Translations under genes and position numbers: made by a program
Virus record (IMG/VR): IMGVR_UViG_3300032030_000076
Coordinates: 3,038-67,037 of that record
DNA: 64,000 nucleotides
Origin: a virus
Taxonomy: Duplodnaviria > Caudoviricetes
Direction: 5' to 3' (one strand)
Shown: positions 1-9,869 of the stretch, piece after piece
Layout: the number at the start of each line of letters is the position of its first letter
How positions within the stretch are numbered: the first letter of the stretch is position 1
The notes under the pieces: model-generated
The model's database searches: none
Seen by the model: only the letters and a program-made list of their open reading frames with translations
What the model was told of the DNA's origin: nothing

Positions 1-156
1 ACTCGCAGAACTGCTGCCGCCCGATATGCTCGCGATGGACGCTGGGAACGACGAGAGCGCGTTAGTCGGCGCGACCGTCGGGTTCTTCGCCTCGATGGCC
101 GCCTTGATTGCGTCGCGGTTCGCCGCGAGGTTTGTCATCTCCGACGCAATGCTCAT
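1..156 (-). CDS. Tail fibre-like protein, N-terminal part (runs off window start)
   Basis: Manual translation from ATG 156: MSIASEMTNLAANRDAIKAAIEAKNPTVAPTNALSSFPASIASI. This is a common phage fibre N-terminal motif; ATGA overlap with the upstream gene. Confidence 0.65.
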   Translation of the reverse strand, partial: MSIASEMTNLAANRDAIKAAIEAKNPTVAPTNALSSFPASIASISGGSSSAS

Positions 157-1169
157 GGCGCGACTCCTCCGTTTATCGCCGCAAGGACGGCCTCGACGTT
201 CCCGACGAGCGCGTAGACGCACGCGGCGGACGGGTACTCGTCCGCGGTCGACGACGACGAGACGGACTGCACCTTGTTGGACACGGACTCGAACGCGGAC
301 GGGTCGAGCACGCCCTCGGCGTACGAAAACCCGCCGGAAAGCTCCGAGATGGAGACGACGTGGCGACCCGCGGCGAACTGCGACGGAGGCTGCGCGCCGA
401 CCCATGTCGGGGCCGTGCCGCCCGGAAGGACGAAGCTCACGGCCTGGGAACCGGTCACGGTCATGTCCACCACGAGGTCTCGCGCGCGGCCCGGAATCTC
501 CGCAGGGAGCGTCAGCATCGTGGTTGTCGACACGGGAACCACGTTCACCGCGCGGTCGGCGAGGTGGCCGGGAAGAGTCCTATCGGCAACTACCGCAAAT
601 CCGCCTCCCCAATCGTCCGCCGTCCATTCCAGATGTGTCGACTGCGCGTTTCCTTTGTCTCCGCCAAGACCTCCTACAGGGTCACCGTCAACATAGACCT
701 CGGGATGCCAGGAATCGTCCAATCCCGTCTCTATCTTGACAACGGCTCCATTACGCTCGGGAGGCTTTGCAGTCCATTCGCCCGGCGTCACGAGCGCGTA
801 GGGAAGCGCGTCCGCGTCCGCCTTCTGCGCGAGCGCCGCGTTCACCTCGCTCGCGTTCGCCTTTCCGCTGATGTCCTGGTGCGCCGTCAGCACCGTCGCG
901 CTCGTCCCGCTCTTCAGCTGTATCGTCGTCTTGTCAGCGTCCGCGCCCGTTCCGGGCGTCACAAACATCTCGCTCTTGTCCGCCTTGCCGCTGACGTCAA
1001 CAGGCGCGGGGATCGTCGGCTTGTCCGAGAGGTCGTTGTACGACCCGCTTGTCGAAACAGCGGCGAAATCAGGCTTGTCCGTGACATCATCCCACGAAAC
1101 GGACCCGCCGCCGCCGCCCTGATTGAACAGGTCGAGCGGCGTCATCTTCACTATGTTCGATTCAGCCAT
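153..1169 (-). CDS. Tail fibre-like virion protein (338 aa)
   Basis: Contains SWDDVTDKP and SGSYNDLSDKPTIP motifs typical of phage fibre shafts; lies in the late operon. Confidence 0.6.
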   Translation of the reverse strand: MAESNIVKMTPLDLFNQGGGGGSVSWDDVTDKPDFAAVSTSGSYNDLSDKPTIPAPVDVSGKADKSEMFVTPGTGADADKTTIQLKSGTSATVLTAHQDISGKANASEVNAALAQKADADALPYALVTPGEWTAKPPERNGAVVKIETGLDDSWHPEVYVDGDPVGGLGGDKGNAQSTHLEWTADDWGGGFAVVADRTLPGHLADRAVNVVPVSTTTMLTLPAEIPGRARDLVVDMTVTGSQAVSFVLPGGTAPTWVGAQPPSQFAAGRHVVSISELSGGFSYAEGVLDPSAFESVSNKVQSVSSSSTADEYPSAACVYALVGNVEAVLAAINGGVAP

Positions 1170-1184
1170 GACAGTTCCTCCCTT

Positions 1185-3425
1185 TTACGACGTGGCCGAC
1201 TGCGCGGGAGTCTCGTCCGGCGCCTCCGCTTCGCAATAGTAGAGACGGCAAACATAACCGCTCGGCAGTTCCCCGGTGCCAGACTTTAAAAGAGAGATTC
1301 TTGAACCTTTGGGGCACGGGAGCGTAATAGCAAGATTGCTGTTGCCCGAGACAGACTGCGCGGCCAACGTGGTTCCGCTGGAATCCTTTACCTTTGCGGT
1401 GATGCTAAGATTTTCGCCTGTCACGCTGTCAATAAACATTACAAACCACCCGCTCTTGGGCAAATATCCATCGGCCGGATAGATTGTGTCGCTGCCTAAA
1501 GTAATTTCCACTCTTTTACCAGCGGCTGACGACGGCATCATGGCTTTTGGTACGCCACTGCCATTTACGGCACCTGTGAAACTTACGGCCCCTGCGATTT
1601 CGACTTCATTTGGCTTCAGATATATCCAGCTAGTACTGTTGTTTGTCAACATAACCCCTCTAGGGTATGATTCGTGACCATTGCCGAAAACCGTAATGCG
1701 ACCATGACCATCATCGGCATTAAAACCCTTTCCGCCTGAAAGCACCATAGCGCCGTTGTCAACCGTGTGACACATGGCAAACCCATTTTTCATAGCTAGG
1801 GATTTAGGTACAAGTATTGCTGCCATAGATGTTGTTGAGTTCCTAGGCACAGAATAACCCCCAAGCGTTTTCAGCGGCACCAGCAGCATGTTCTCACCTC
1901 CGTCAACGGGGTAATAGTCGCCGTAGTTAGGAGCCACATAGCCGTATGGGCACGGCTTGCGATATGTCGGATCGGTATCTCCTGAAAAATATCCGCTATT
2001 TTCAAATTGGTGCGCCCAGTTTTCCTCGTCTTTTTCGTCTTGACTTTTTGCCTTGTGGCAGTAATACGAATGGTTTGAGGCAAAATTCCAACCAGGAATG
2101 TCTTCCCTCACTTCTTGCAGCACTGCGGAATTGACATCGCCGGGATAACCTTGGTTGTAGGTAATCCGCCCATGAATCCGATTGGACGGGTCGCTGATGC
2201 CAAGGTGCATCTGCGAAATCCAGGGCTTGCTAAAATGCCCGCACTCGTAATCGTGCTGGACTACCTCAAGGTTGATCTGCGGTTCGTAATTTGGATTTGT
2301 CTCAAACTCGGGGTAGGCCATCGTGAATCCAAACGGAGTAGGATAAACCGTCGATTCGCCGCTGACGGTAGCCGTGCCGACGGGCAGCGCACAGATGCAC
2401 CTCCTGTTGTTGTGCGTCGTCAAGTGACAGATGAGCGAGCTGTGCGTCGAATCGAGGAACCCGACGGCGTACTCGCAGTTGCTGGCGTGCAGGTGGTCTG
2501 CATAAATCATTTCGCTGAACACGAACCCAAACTTGAAGCCCTGCACGTAAACGTTGCGGTAAACTTGCTGGTCGTTCTGGTCCCCGCTCGACATCAAGCC
2601 GACGGTGTTCGTAGGGCTGCGCAGCAATTCCTTGGGCCCATTATCAACTCCTGCTGGCCATCCTATCTGCTTGTCCAACCCGAAATAGCAGTTCTCGACC
2701 GTAAGACGCGAGACGTTTTGGAAGTTCACCGCGCTCATCGTCGGATACATTTTGTCTTCATCCATGTGAACCTGTATTTCAAGGTTCTTCAACACGACGT
2801 TATCGACAGACCACTTGCCCCTGGCGAACGTGGCGTATGTTGTGTTCTCCGGCGCGGCCAAGACCGCATACGGACGCTCGTAGTATTTAACTCGGGGCGC
2901 ATCAATCGTTGACCGCAATACGACGTTCTTCGTGGATGAAAAATGCTTGGATGTCTGATGTTCAACCTGATAGAAGTTCAGCGACTGGCACGGCATTTCG
3001 CCGACAAGCGCTATGTTCTTCGCGCCTGACGGTATGCGGAGCTGCGCGCGAAGCGGGCGTCCCAACGGATCAACCTCGTGCAATCCGCCTTTTATCATGT
3101 AAGGGGCGCCGGTGAACGGGAAATACACGACTCCTCCGCCATTTTCAACCGCCATCCTTATCGCCGCCTGAATCGCAACGGTGTCATCATTCACTCCGTC
3201 GCCTTTCGCGCCAAAGTCGCGAACATTCACGATCTCAGACGCCCTGTCACCCAATGAACGAGGCACAGACACAACCCTGTCGCTCAACGTCTCGTCAACG
3301 AAAACATCTGGCGCGTCATTTGCCTTCACCACGACCGAGTTGCCGATCCCGTCTTCGTGGATCGCATTCGCGTCCTCGATTTCAAAAATTTCGTCTCCGT
3401 TGTTGATTTTGGTTATCTTCTCCAT
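1185..3425 (-). CDS. Tailspike / polysaccharide depolymerase (pectate-lyase-3-like beta-helix), 746 aa
   Basis: VNVRDFGAKGDGVNDDTVAIQAAI...GGGVVYFP motif; tail context. Confidence 0.8.
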   Translation of the reverse strand: MEKITKINNGDEIFEIEDANAIHEDGIGNSVVVKANDAPDVFVDETLSDRVVSVPRSLGDRASEIVNVRDFGAKGDGVNDDTVAIQAAIRMAVENGGGVVYFPFTGAPYMIKGGLHEVDPLGRPLRAQLRIPSGAKNIALVGEMPCQSLNFYQVEHQTSKHFSSTKNVVLRSTIDAPRVKYYERPYAVLAAPENTTYATFARGKWSVDNVVLKNLEIQVHMDEDKMYPTMSAVNFQNVSRLTVENCYFGLDKQIGWPAGVDNGPKELLRSPTNTVGLMSSGDQNDQQVYRNVYVQGFKFGFVFSEMIYADHLHASNCEYAVGFLDSTHSSLICHLTTHNNRRCICALPVGTATVSGESTVYPTPFGFTMAYPEFETNPNYEPQINLEVVQHDYECGHFSKPWISQMHLGISDPSNRIHGRITYNQGYPGDVNSAVLQEVREDIPGWNFASNHSYYCHKAKSQDEKDEENWAHQFENSGYFSGDTDPTYRKPCPYGYVAPNYGDYYPVDGGENMLLVPLKTLGGYSVPRNSTTSMAAILVPKSLAMKNGFAMCHTVDNGAMVLSGGKGFNADDGHGRITVFGNGHESYPRGVMLTNNSTSWIYLKPNEVEIAGAVSFTGAVNGSGVPKAMMPSSAAGKRVEITLGSDTIYPADGYLPKSGWFVMFIDSVTGENLSITAKVKDSSGTTLAAQSVSGNSNLAITLPCPKGSRISLLKSGTGELPSGYVCRLYYCEAEAPDETPAQSATS

Positions 3426-3440
3426 GATTCATCCTCCGTT

Positions 3441-4181
3441 TCAAGCTACTGCTCCGAGGTACAGCACCCCGTCCGCAACACGCCGCCTGAACACCCTACC
3501 GACATACAGCACGCCGCCAAGCGCCTCGAAGCGGTCCACAAGCGACCTGTACTCGCGCCCCTCGCTCTCATACGACAGGCAGCCGTAGCCGCTCTCCTCG
3601 TCCTTTGAAATCAGCAAGCGGTGCCACAGGTCGTCGCCGCCCTGCGACTGCGGCCAGAACGCCCACGCGCCGCTTACCACGGTTGCGTCAAGCGCCTCAA
3701 TTATCGCCATGCCGCGCACGTGCTCCTTGTGCCAGGCGTCGACGTACTTCATCAGGTCTTTGTACTTGCCGAGGTCAACGGGCGTGTCCTCGCCCACGAG
3801 CTGCGGCCAGTGCGTCACTTCGCAGAAGTCCTTGAAGTAGAGCGTTTTACGCTCCTCGTCGTCCAACACGAACAGAAGCGGAACAGTTGCCGCAGGAGGA
3901 ACCGCGCGAAGCATCTGAACTGTATTGAGGTTGAGTTCGCACGAAAGAACGCCGTCGCTTCCGCTCCAGCTGTCGTTCGTGTCCGTAAACGGGAACATCG
4001 CAAGAGTCTCGCCGCACAACCCGACAACTCGAAGCCGCAGCTTGGAGACGTCCGTTACGAACGACACTCCGTCCGCGCCGCCGTTCGCTATCGTGACGGC
4101 GACATGCTCCCCTGCGGCGATAGTCCCCTTGAACTTCGCCGTCTTGTCCTTCAACTTCGGAATTATCTGCAAAGTAGTCAT
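3441..4181 (-). CDS. Hypothetical protein, probably virion-associated (246 aa)
   Basis: Long ORF with RBS, coupled to neighbours in the late operon. Confidence 0.6.
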   Translation of the reverse strand: MTTLQIIPKLKDKTAKFKGTIAAGEHVAVTIANGGADGVSFVTDVSKLRLRVVGLCGETLAMFPFTDTNDSWSGSDGVLSCELNLNTVQMLRAVPPAATVPLLFVLDDEERKTLYFKDFCEVTHWPQLVGEDTPVDLGKYKDLMKYVDAWHKEHVRGMAIIEALDATVVSGAWAFWPQSQGGDDLWHRLLISKDEESGYGCLSYESEGREYRSLVDRFEALGGVLYVGRVFRRRVADGVLYLGAVA

Positions 4182-4630
4182 GCAGCCGTCCCTGTCTGTT
4201 GTGTCGGCGCGTTCGCCTTTGCGAGCACCGCCGCATTGTCGATTTCAGTCTGCGCCGTTCGTATCTCTCCCGCCACAAGCTCGATGTCTGCGGGGCGGAT
4301 GTTGAGCATGTCGAAAGTGCCGTCCATGTGCGGCGGTTTGCCGGGCGTCGGGAAGGAGACCGTCTCCTGTGACACGGCGTCGCGGAGTGACTTCACCGCG
4401 AGGTCGAACACGGCGTCGTCCTGCGCGGCGGCGGCGATTGTCTGGAGCATCGCGCCCACTCCTGGCGGAACGACGTTCATCAGGAACGACTCCGCCACGG
4501 ACGGGTTCTGCTCCGCCATTATCACGACGGTCATATGCCCCGCCTTCGTGAGCGAGAACGCGGGAATCATCGGCACGACGTTCTTGCCGTACCACCTCGC
4601 CACGCCCTTAACTATCGCCGTCTTCGTCAT
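4178..4630 (-). CDS. Hypothetical protein (150 aa, start reassigned to MTKTAIV)
   Basis: AAGGA RBS upstream of ATG 4630; ATGA overlap with the next gene. Confidence 0.65.
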   Translation of the reverse strand: MTKTAIVKGVARWYGKNVVPMIPAFSLTKAGHMTVVIMAEQNPSVAESFLMNVVPPGVGAMLQTIAAAAQDDAVFDLAVKSLRDAVSQETVSFPTPGKPPHMDGTFDMLNIRPADIELVAGEIRTAQTEIDNAAVLAKANAPTQQTGTAA

Positions 4631-4720
4631 TTGGTTTTCCTTTCGTCTGGCTTTGTCCGATACGTCCGGGTCAAGCCAGCCATTGAGACAGGCTTGGCCC
4701 GGACCATCGGGCAAGGCCGC

Positions 4721-5359
4721 TTACGAGCCGGATGCCGTCGTGGTCTTAGCGGTCTGCGCCGCCTGAATCTGCGTCGCGACAGCCTGCGACGGAAGCATCA
4801 CGTTCGGCGTGATGTAGGTTCCGAGCATCGAGCCGAGCTGCGCCTTCATGTTCGCGTTCTCCTGCTTGAGAGCCGCGATCTCGGCGGCAGCCGTGTTGTC
4901 GATGAGCTCCTGGCGCTGACGCCACTCGACGAGGGTCTTGATGACCGAATCCGTCTTATTGTCGGTGTAGATCTGCGCCTTGAGCTGTCCGTTCTCCGCC
5001 GAGAGGGTGTTGTTCTTCTCGACGAGCGTAAGCTCACGATGCGTGACGAAATCGTCGTGGCAGTGGTGATCGCCGCCGAAGAACCCGCCGCGAAGGAGTG
5101 GAGCGCCAAGCGCGACCGCGCCGAGAACCGTGCCAACCACGCCAAGCGCGTTGCCGCCGCGTCCGATGTTGATGTTGCCTCCGAAGCCGCGCATCAGGTC
5201 GCCGAAGCCGCCGCCGAAGCCGTTGCCGTAGCCGTATGCGGGAACCGCCACGGGATAGCCGTAGCCGCCCCAGCCGCCGCCCCACGGACCGCCCCAGCCG
5301 TTGTTGTTGGGATACTGGTTGATCGTGGTCGATCCCTCAGTCTTGGTTGTTTCATCCAT
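4721..5359 (-). CDS. Gly/Tyr/Asn-rich protein with hydrophobic segment and coiled coil (212 aa)
   Basis: GWGGPWGGGWGGYGY low-complexity region, ALGVVGTVLGAVALG segment, C-terminal coiled coil; GGAG RBS. Confidence 0.75.
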   Translation of the reverse strand: MDETTKTEGSTTINQYPNNNGWGGPWGGGWGGYGYPVAVPAYGYGNGFGGGFGDLMRGFGGNINIGRGGNALGVVGTVLGAVALGAPLLRGGFFGGDHHCHDDFVTHRELTLVEKNNTLSAENGQLKAQIYTDNKTDSVIKTLVEWRQRQELIDNTAAAEIAALKQENANMKAQLGSMLGTYITPNVMLPSQAVATQIQAAQTAKTTTASGS

Positions 5360-5425
5360 GTTGGTATTCTCCTATTGGATTTGTTGTCGGTTTGTCCCGT
5401 CCGCACCGTGCGGACGGAAATCGTC

Positions 5426-5848
5426 CTAACCTCGCATGAGACCGGAGAGAGTGGAAACCTCCTCCTTGACGTCCTTCTCGGCATCCTCCTCGTTGCATGC
5501 CCAGCAGAAGTCGCTCGCAGCCATGATCGCTTCGGCTGCCTGGGTGTAGGACTTGTTCTTCATGATCCAGGCAAGAGCCTTGACAGCGCCCTCGCGCGTC
5601 TCGACGGTTTCGCCAGTGATGGTCTTGAATGTTTCCACGGCCTTGTCGTGCTTCTCCTTGTACTTCTTCATTTTGGCACGGTACTCCAACTTCTCGCGGA
5701 CGCTCTCGCCGTTCTGCTTTGAGTTGTCGTTCATACCGTTCTGCATGGACATGCCGCGCATTGAGCCAACCATGCGGTTCCCAATCTGCGCGCTCGTCAT
5801 GCCGCTGTCCATGTTGTTCGGGCCTGCCATGTTGTTGTCTGTTGCCAT
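5426..5848 (-). CDS. Met/Asn-rich hypothetical protein (140 aa)
   Basis: ORF with AAAGGA RBS in the late operon. Confidence 0.7.
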   Translation of the reverse strand: MATDNNMAGPNNMDSGMTSAQIGNRMVGSMRGMSMQNGMNDNSKQNGESVREKLEYRAKMKKYKEKHDKAVETFKTITGETVETREGAVKALAWIMKNKSYTQAAEAIMAASDFCWACNEEDAEKDVKEEVSTLSGLMRG

Positions 5849-5906
5849 CGTTTTCCTTTCTCGCTGAATCTCACTTACCGCCCCTCGGCACTCGCCTCGG
5901 GAAAAT

Positions 5907-6578
5907 CTACATGAAAAGCCCGCCAGCCGGAATCGCGTACTCCGTCCCTCCCGCGACCGCGCTCCCTCCGATCCTCCTGTACGCCGCCTCGCCTATCGCC
6001 TCGTGATACTTGCCGCCGTACTGCGCCGCGCGCTGCGGGTTGCTCCACGCCTTACCGGTCATCGAGAGCAGATGGAACATCGCCCCCGCGACGATCGCCT
6101 CCGCATAGCGCTCCTTAAACCACTTCGGGCAGGCTTCCCCGCCGACCTTCGGCACGACGGAAAAACGAACAATCGCCATTCTGTCTTCATACGAATAAAC
6201 ATATTCAGGTGTGAAGATATACGGATGAGGAACTGTCGCAATCTTGAATGGGACGGACTTGCCGTCACGCAAAGCCAATTCAAGTATAGTGCCAATCTCC
6301 ATCCCTTGAGGTGGAGCCGGAATGTTGTACCTTCCGCCCCACCAATTTGTCGCCCTGTCAATTTCTGCAAGACAATCATTGGGCCAAGCCTCGGTCGGCA
6401 TTGCCAAAACACAAGCGTCAGTCTCGCGGCAGAACTCCCGCAACGCGAATCCGAGCTGCTGGCGAACCATCAGGTCAGAAACTCCAGGCAATTCCGCTAT
6501 CATCAGGTTCGCAAGCGAACCTATGTTGTCCGTCTCGACCGGCTCGACCTCTATTGCGTTGTCTCCGATGAATGCCAT
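5907..6578 (-). CDS. Putative head-tail adaptor / head completion protein (223 aa, start MAFIGD)
   Basis: ELPGVSDLMVRQQLGFALREFCRET and EAIVAGAMFHLLSMTGKAWSNP motifs resemble podophage adaptor proteins; lies downstream of the capsid genes. Confidence 0.6.
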   Translation of the reverse strand: MAFIGDNAIEVEPVETDNIGSLANLMIAELPGVSDLMVRQQLGFALREFCRETDACVLAMPTEAWPNDCLAEIDRATNWWGGRYNIPAPPQGMEIGTILELALRDGKSVPFKIATVPHPYIFTPEYVYSYEDRMAIVRFSVVPKVGGEACPKWFKERYAEAIVAGAMFHLLSMTGKAWSNPQRAAQYGGKYHEAIGEAAYRRIGGSAVAGGTEYAIPAGGLFM

Positions 6579-6648
6579 CTTCACGGTCCATTGGTTGTTT
6601 GGAAGGGGGCTAGGAGCATCTGTTCGCGACGCCCCTAGCCCCATCCTG

Positions 6649-6975
6649 TCACGAACGTTTCTTCGTCGAGAAGTGCATGACTTCCGGCGAAGTCGGCTCG
6701 CCACGTTCGATGGACGCGGGATCGACCGCGCCCGGATCAGAGTCGCCAGCCGCCTTCTTCGGCGGAGGCGTGGCGACGTTCTGATGCGCCGTCCCGACTT
6801 CCGCGTTCTCGGCGATGGCCGCCCTCGCGAGGACCTTTCCATCCGTAATCTCCCCGGCGCAATACTTCGCGTAAAGAGCGTCGGGTATCATCACGAACTT
6901 CTCCGGCAACGGGTCGCCATCAGCGAACCACGGCACCACGCGCCCGTCGACGAGGCTTGCAATCGTCTTCGCCAT
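6649..6975 (-). CDS. Hypothetical protein (108 aa, start MAKTIA)
   Basis: AAGGAGGTG RBS before ATG 6975. Confidence 0.65.
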   Translation of the reverse strand: MAKTIASLVDGRVVPWFADGDPLPEKFVMIPDALYAKYCAGEITDGKVLARAAIAENAEVGTAHQNVATPPPKKAAGDSDPGAVDPASIERGEPTSPEVMHFSTKKRS

Positions 6976-6986
6976 CTCACACCTCC

Positions 6987-7484
6987 TTACGCGAGCTTCG
7001 GAAGATGCTCGACGCCCGTGAGCTCCGGCCAGTCGCCGAGAACCACGACCTCGAACTTCGCGTCGACGGCAGCGGCGCCTGTCGTAAGAACGAGATAGTC
7101 GTTCTCGCCCGTCATCCACGGCGTCGTGACGTCAATAGGATCTTTTACGCCCGCCGTACCGAAAGCAACAACAGACGCGCCATCCCCGCTCTTGACGGCC
7201 GCGACCGTTGCGTTTGTGAGATCGGTGACGGCCTTCGCCACGTTGACCGTGACAGAGGCTACGGAATCGTTCTTCTCAATCACGTTGACAACGACCGTGC
7301 GGGGAATGAACCCGGCAGGAAACTTCGCCACCGCGTAGTTGGTCGAGGCGGCGAGCGTGTCGCCCTCGTTGACCGTGTTGAAGTTCGTCACCGTCTTTTT
7401 GAAGACGCGCGAACGGACGACGTTCTGGTCGGTGAAGCCGTCGGGCTGGCCGACGACCACGTACTTGTCATTCAGAGTTGCCAT
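6987..7484 (-). CDS. Putative capsid decoration/cement protein (165 aa)
   Basis: Beta-rich small protein immediately after the major capsid gene. Confidence 0.55.
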   Translation of the reverse strand: MATLNDKYVVVGQPDGFTDQNVVRSRVFKKTVTNFNTVNEGDTLAASTNYAVAKFPAGFIPRTVVVNVIEKNDSVASVTVNVAKAVTDLTNATVAAVKSGDGASVVAFGTAGVKDPIDVTTPWMTGENDYLVLTTGAAAVDAKFEVVVLGDWPELTGVEHLPKLA

Positions 7485-7545
7485 TTTCTATGGTCCTTTC
7501 TGTTTTGGGGCGGCGGACGCTGACGCCGCGCCGCCCCTGTTGGAA

Positions 7546-8565
7546 TCACACACCCTTGACCGCGAATGCCACGCCGAAACGCTCCGGGTAGCGGACGAAC
7601 CAGTCGCCGATGGAGACGGAACGGTGGAAGTCGCCGACGACGCTCTTGTCGCGCAGCACCTCCGTGATCGTCACCTCGTCCGCGAACGTGATCGCCGACG
7701 CGTCGCCGAAGAGGATCGGGTAAATCCAGCGGCCAGAGCCGGAGGAAGTCTCCCACTTCGGGAGAAGGTTGGACACGTACACGTCCATTCCCGCCAGCTT
7801 GCCGATGGAAGTCACGGCGTTCTTGCGAAGGATGGAGGTGTCGTCTCCCATCTTCTCGGCGTTGTTGAACAGCTCCGAGTTCTGGAGCAGGTTCGTCATC
7901 CACACGGGAACGACGCAGAACTGCGCCATCCCGGCGCCGCCAGGCTGCTCCTCCAGGGTGGAGGTGAAGCGGGTGACGAGCTCGGTGGCCGTGGTCTTGT
8001 CGCCGCCGTTGACGGCTGCGGTTCCGTTCGCGCCAGCCGCAGAATCGCTCTTGTAGAGCGAGACGGGCTTCGCGACCGTGCCGAGGTTGTACGACGCGGA
8101 CTGCTTTCCAGCGGCCTCGCCGATATTCGCGATGTCGGCCTTCGTGCCGGAACAGATGTCCTTGAAGAACCATGTCTCCCAATCCTGCGCCAGCTGCTTC
8201 GCGCCGATGTCGGTCCACTTTTCCGCCCATCCGGGGATGTCGGAAAACGCCTTCTGCACGTCGGAGACGGTAAAGGCGTAGAGCAGGCCCTTGTCGATGG
8301 TGAAGCGCACGTCGTAGGCTTCGGGCTTCTCGTACTTGATCTTCATGCCGTCCACGAAACGCGAGGTTCCGATGTTGGGCATGCAGCGCACGATGATGGT
8401 GTCGCCCTTGTTCTTGAAGGCGCCCTTGTACTCGGTGTTGGTGATCTTGCGGAGAATGGTGTTGTACCAGAACTTCTCGCGCAGCTTGGGGGAATAGATC
8501 TGCGGAATGTACGACTTCAGCCCGAAGTCGCCCTTGCCACCGGTAATCGTAATGGAGTTTGCCAT
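7546..8565 (-). CDS. Major capsid protein (HK97 fold, P22-coat-like family), 339 aa
   Basis: YIPQIYSPKL...ITNTEYKG...GDTIIVR...IDKG motifs and IGKLAGMDVYVSNLLP; follows portal and scaffold. Confidence 0.85.
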   Translation of the reverse strand: MANSITITGGKGDFGLKSYIPQIYSPKLREKFWYNTILRKITNTEYKGAFKNKGDTIIVRCMPNIGTSRFVDGMKIKYEKPEAYDVRFTIDKGLLYAFTVSDVQKAFSDIPGWAEKWTDIGAKQLAQDWETWFFKDICSGTKADIANIGEAAGKQSASYNLGTVAKPVSLYKSDSAAGANGTAAVNGGDKTTATELVTRFTSTLEEQPGGAGMAQFCVVPVWMTNLLQNSELFNNAEKMGDDTSILRKNAVTSIGKLAGMDVYVSNLLPKWETSSGSGRWIYPILFGDASAITFADEVTITEVLRDKSVVGDFHRSVSIGDWFVRYPERFGVAFAVKGV

Positions 8566-8607
8566 CTTGGATTCCTTTCAGTCCGCCCCCGCGAGGGAAT
8601 GGTCGCG

Positions 8608-9480
8608 CTATCTCGGCACGATCCTCCCCTCGTTGAGAGCGGTGTCGAATTTCTTCTTGATTGCCCTGTACTCGTCTGCGGTTATGCGGCCCGAGCTATA
8701 GTCGTCTCCAGCGCGGCGCAACGCCTCGCTGTACTGCTCGACCGTGTACGTGGTCGTGTCGCCTTGACGAGCCGCAGGGCGGCTGCCGCCCCGTAGCGGA
8801 TAGGACGTTTGGGGCCGTGCGGCTACGCCGTCCCCTCCAGCGCGGATGCCGTGGGCCTCCGCGAACTCCATGATGAAATCTGCCGCAGTCGCGGCGTCGA
8901 ACGTCTTGAACGCGTCGTTCACGGACGAGGCTCGGCGGCGCTCGGCGCGCCACCTGTTCCACTCGTCCATGTGCCCGTCGCTGATCGCTGCCGAAAGGCC
9001 GGGCGCGATGCGCTCGACCTCGGCGTCGAACTGCGCCTTGCGCATCTCGACAGCATCGGCGTCGCGCTTCGCCATTTCCTCTCGGTATCGCTCGTTCTCG
9101 GCCTTCACGGCGGCGCTTGCGTCGCCCATCCGGCCCTGCACGAGCTTGTCGATCACGGCAAGCTGCTCTGCGTCTATTATCTCGCGCTCCTTGTCGCTCA
9201 GATAGTCAGTCGGCTTGCGCGATGAGAGCTTCGCGTTCTCGGCCTTCAGCCGCGCGATCTCCTCCTGCGCCTTGCGCAACTCGTCGTTGGTTTGGCGCAG
9301 ACGGCCTTTCTCCACGCGCTCCTGCTGGAGCGCGCGTTCGAGTTCGGCGATGCGGTCGCTATGGCCGCCGCCGTCCGTCTGCGGCGCGGCAAGCATCGAA
9401 GCGGCCGATACCGCCGCCGTCTCCGCCTGCTGTTCCGCGCCTTGCGCCTGTTCCGTGTTCTCTTCGTTCGTTTCCATCAT
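8608..9480 (-). CDS. Capsid scaffolding protein (290 aa)
   Basis: Acidic coiled-coil protein directly upstream of the major capsid gene. Confidence 0.65.
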   Translation of the reverse strand: MMETNEENTEQAQGAEQQAETAAVSAASMLAAPQTDGGGHSDRIAELERALQQERVEKGRLRQTNDELRKAQEEIARLKAENAKLSSRKPTDYLSDKEREIIDAEQLAVIDKLVQGRMGDASAAVKAENERYREEMAKRDADAVEMRKAQFDAEVERIAPGLSAAISDGHMDEWNRWRAERRRASSVNDAFKTFDAATAADFIMEFAEAHGIRAGGDGVAARPQTSYPLRGGSRPAARQGDTTTYTVEQYSEALRRAGDDYSSGRITADEYRAIKKKFDTALNEGRIVPR

Positions 9481-9521
9481 GTGCTTCCTTTCGCCTTATG
9501 AGCCGGATGCCAGTCCGGGAT

Positions 9522-9869
9522 TCATAACGGGGGTCGGCTGCCGGTACCTCCGGGATAGCCGCCTCCAATTTCGGGCGTCAGTCCCGCCCCTGGCGCCGCG
9601 CCCCCGCCGAAGGGGGTTCCGTCGGCTAACGGAAGCCCTCCGTAGGGATGCTCGCCAAAGCAGGCCAACACCCATTCGATCTCCTCCGCCTTTCCGACAG
9701 CGCGGTTAAGCTGCGCCGCATCGGTGCTCGGAATGAGAAAATGCCTGATTTCCGCGAGGCGCGAAAGGAGCGCCCAGCGGATTATGTCGAAGTCCTGATG
9801 CGCGGCGACCTCGCGAAACGCCTTCGCCGAATTCTCCGCGTTGAACCGCTTTGGCGAGAACTCCTTCAT
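9522..9869 (-). CDS. Hypothetical head-module protein (115 aa)
   Basis: Coupled (ATGA) to the portal gene; conserved position between portal and scaffold. Confidence 0.6.
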   Translation of the reverse strand: MKEFSPKRFNAENSAKAFREVAAHQDFDIIRWALLSRLAEIRHFLIPSTDAAQLNRAVGKAEEIEWVLACFGEHPYGGLPLADGTPFGGGAAPGAGLTPEIGGGYPGGTGSRPPL

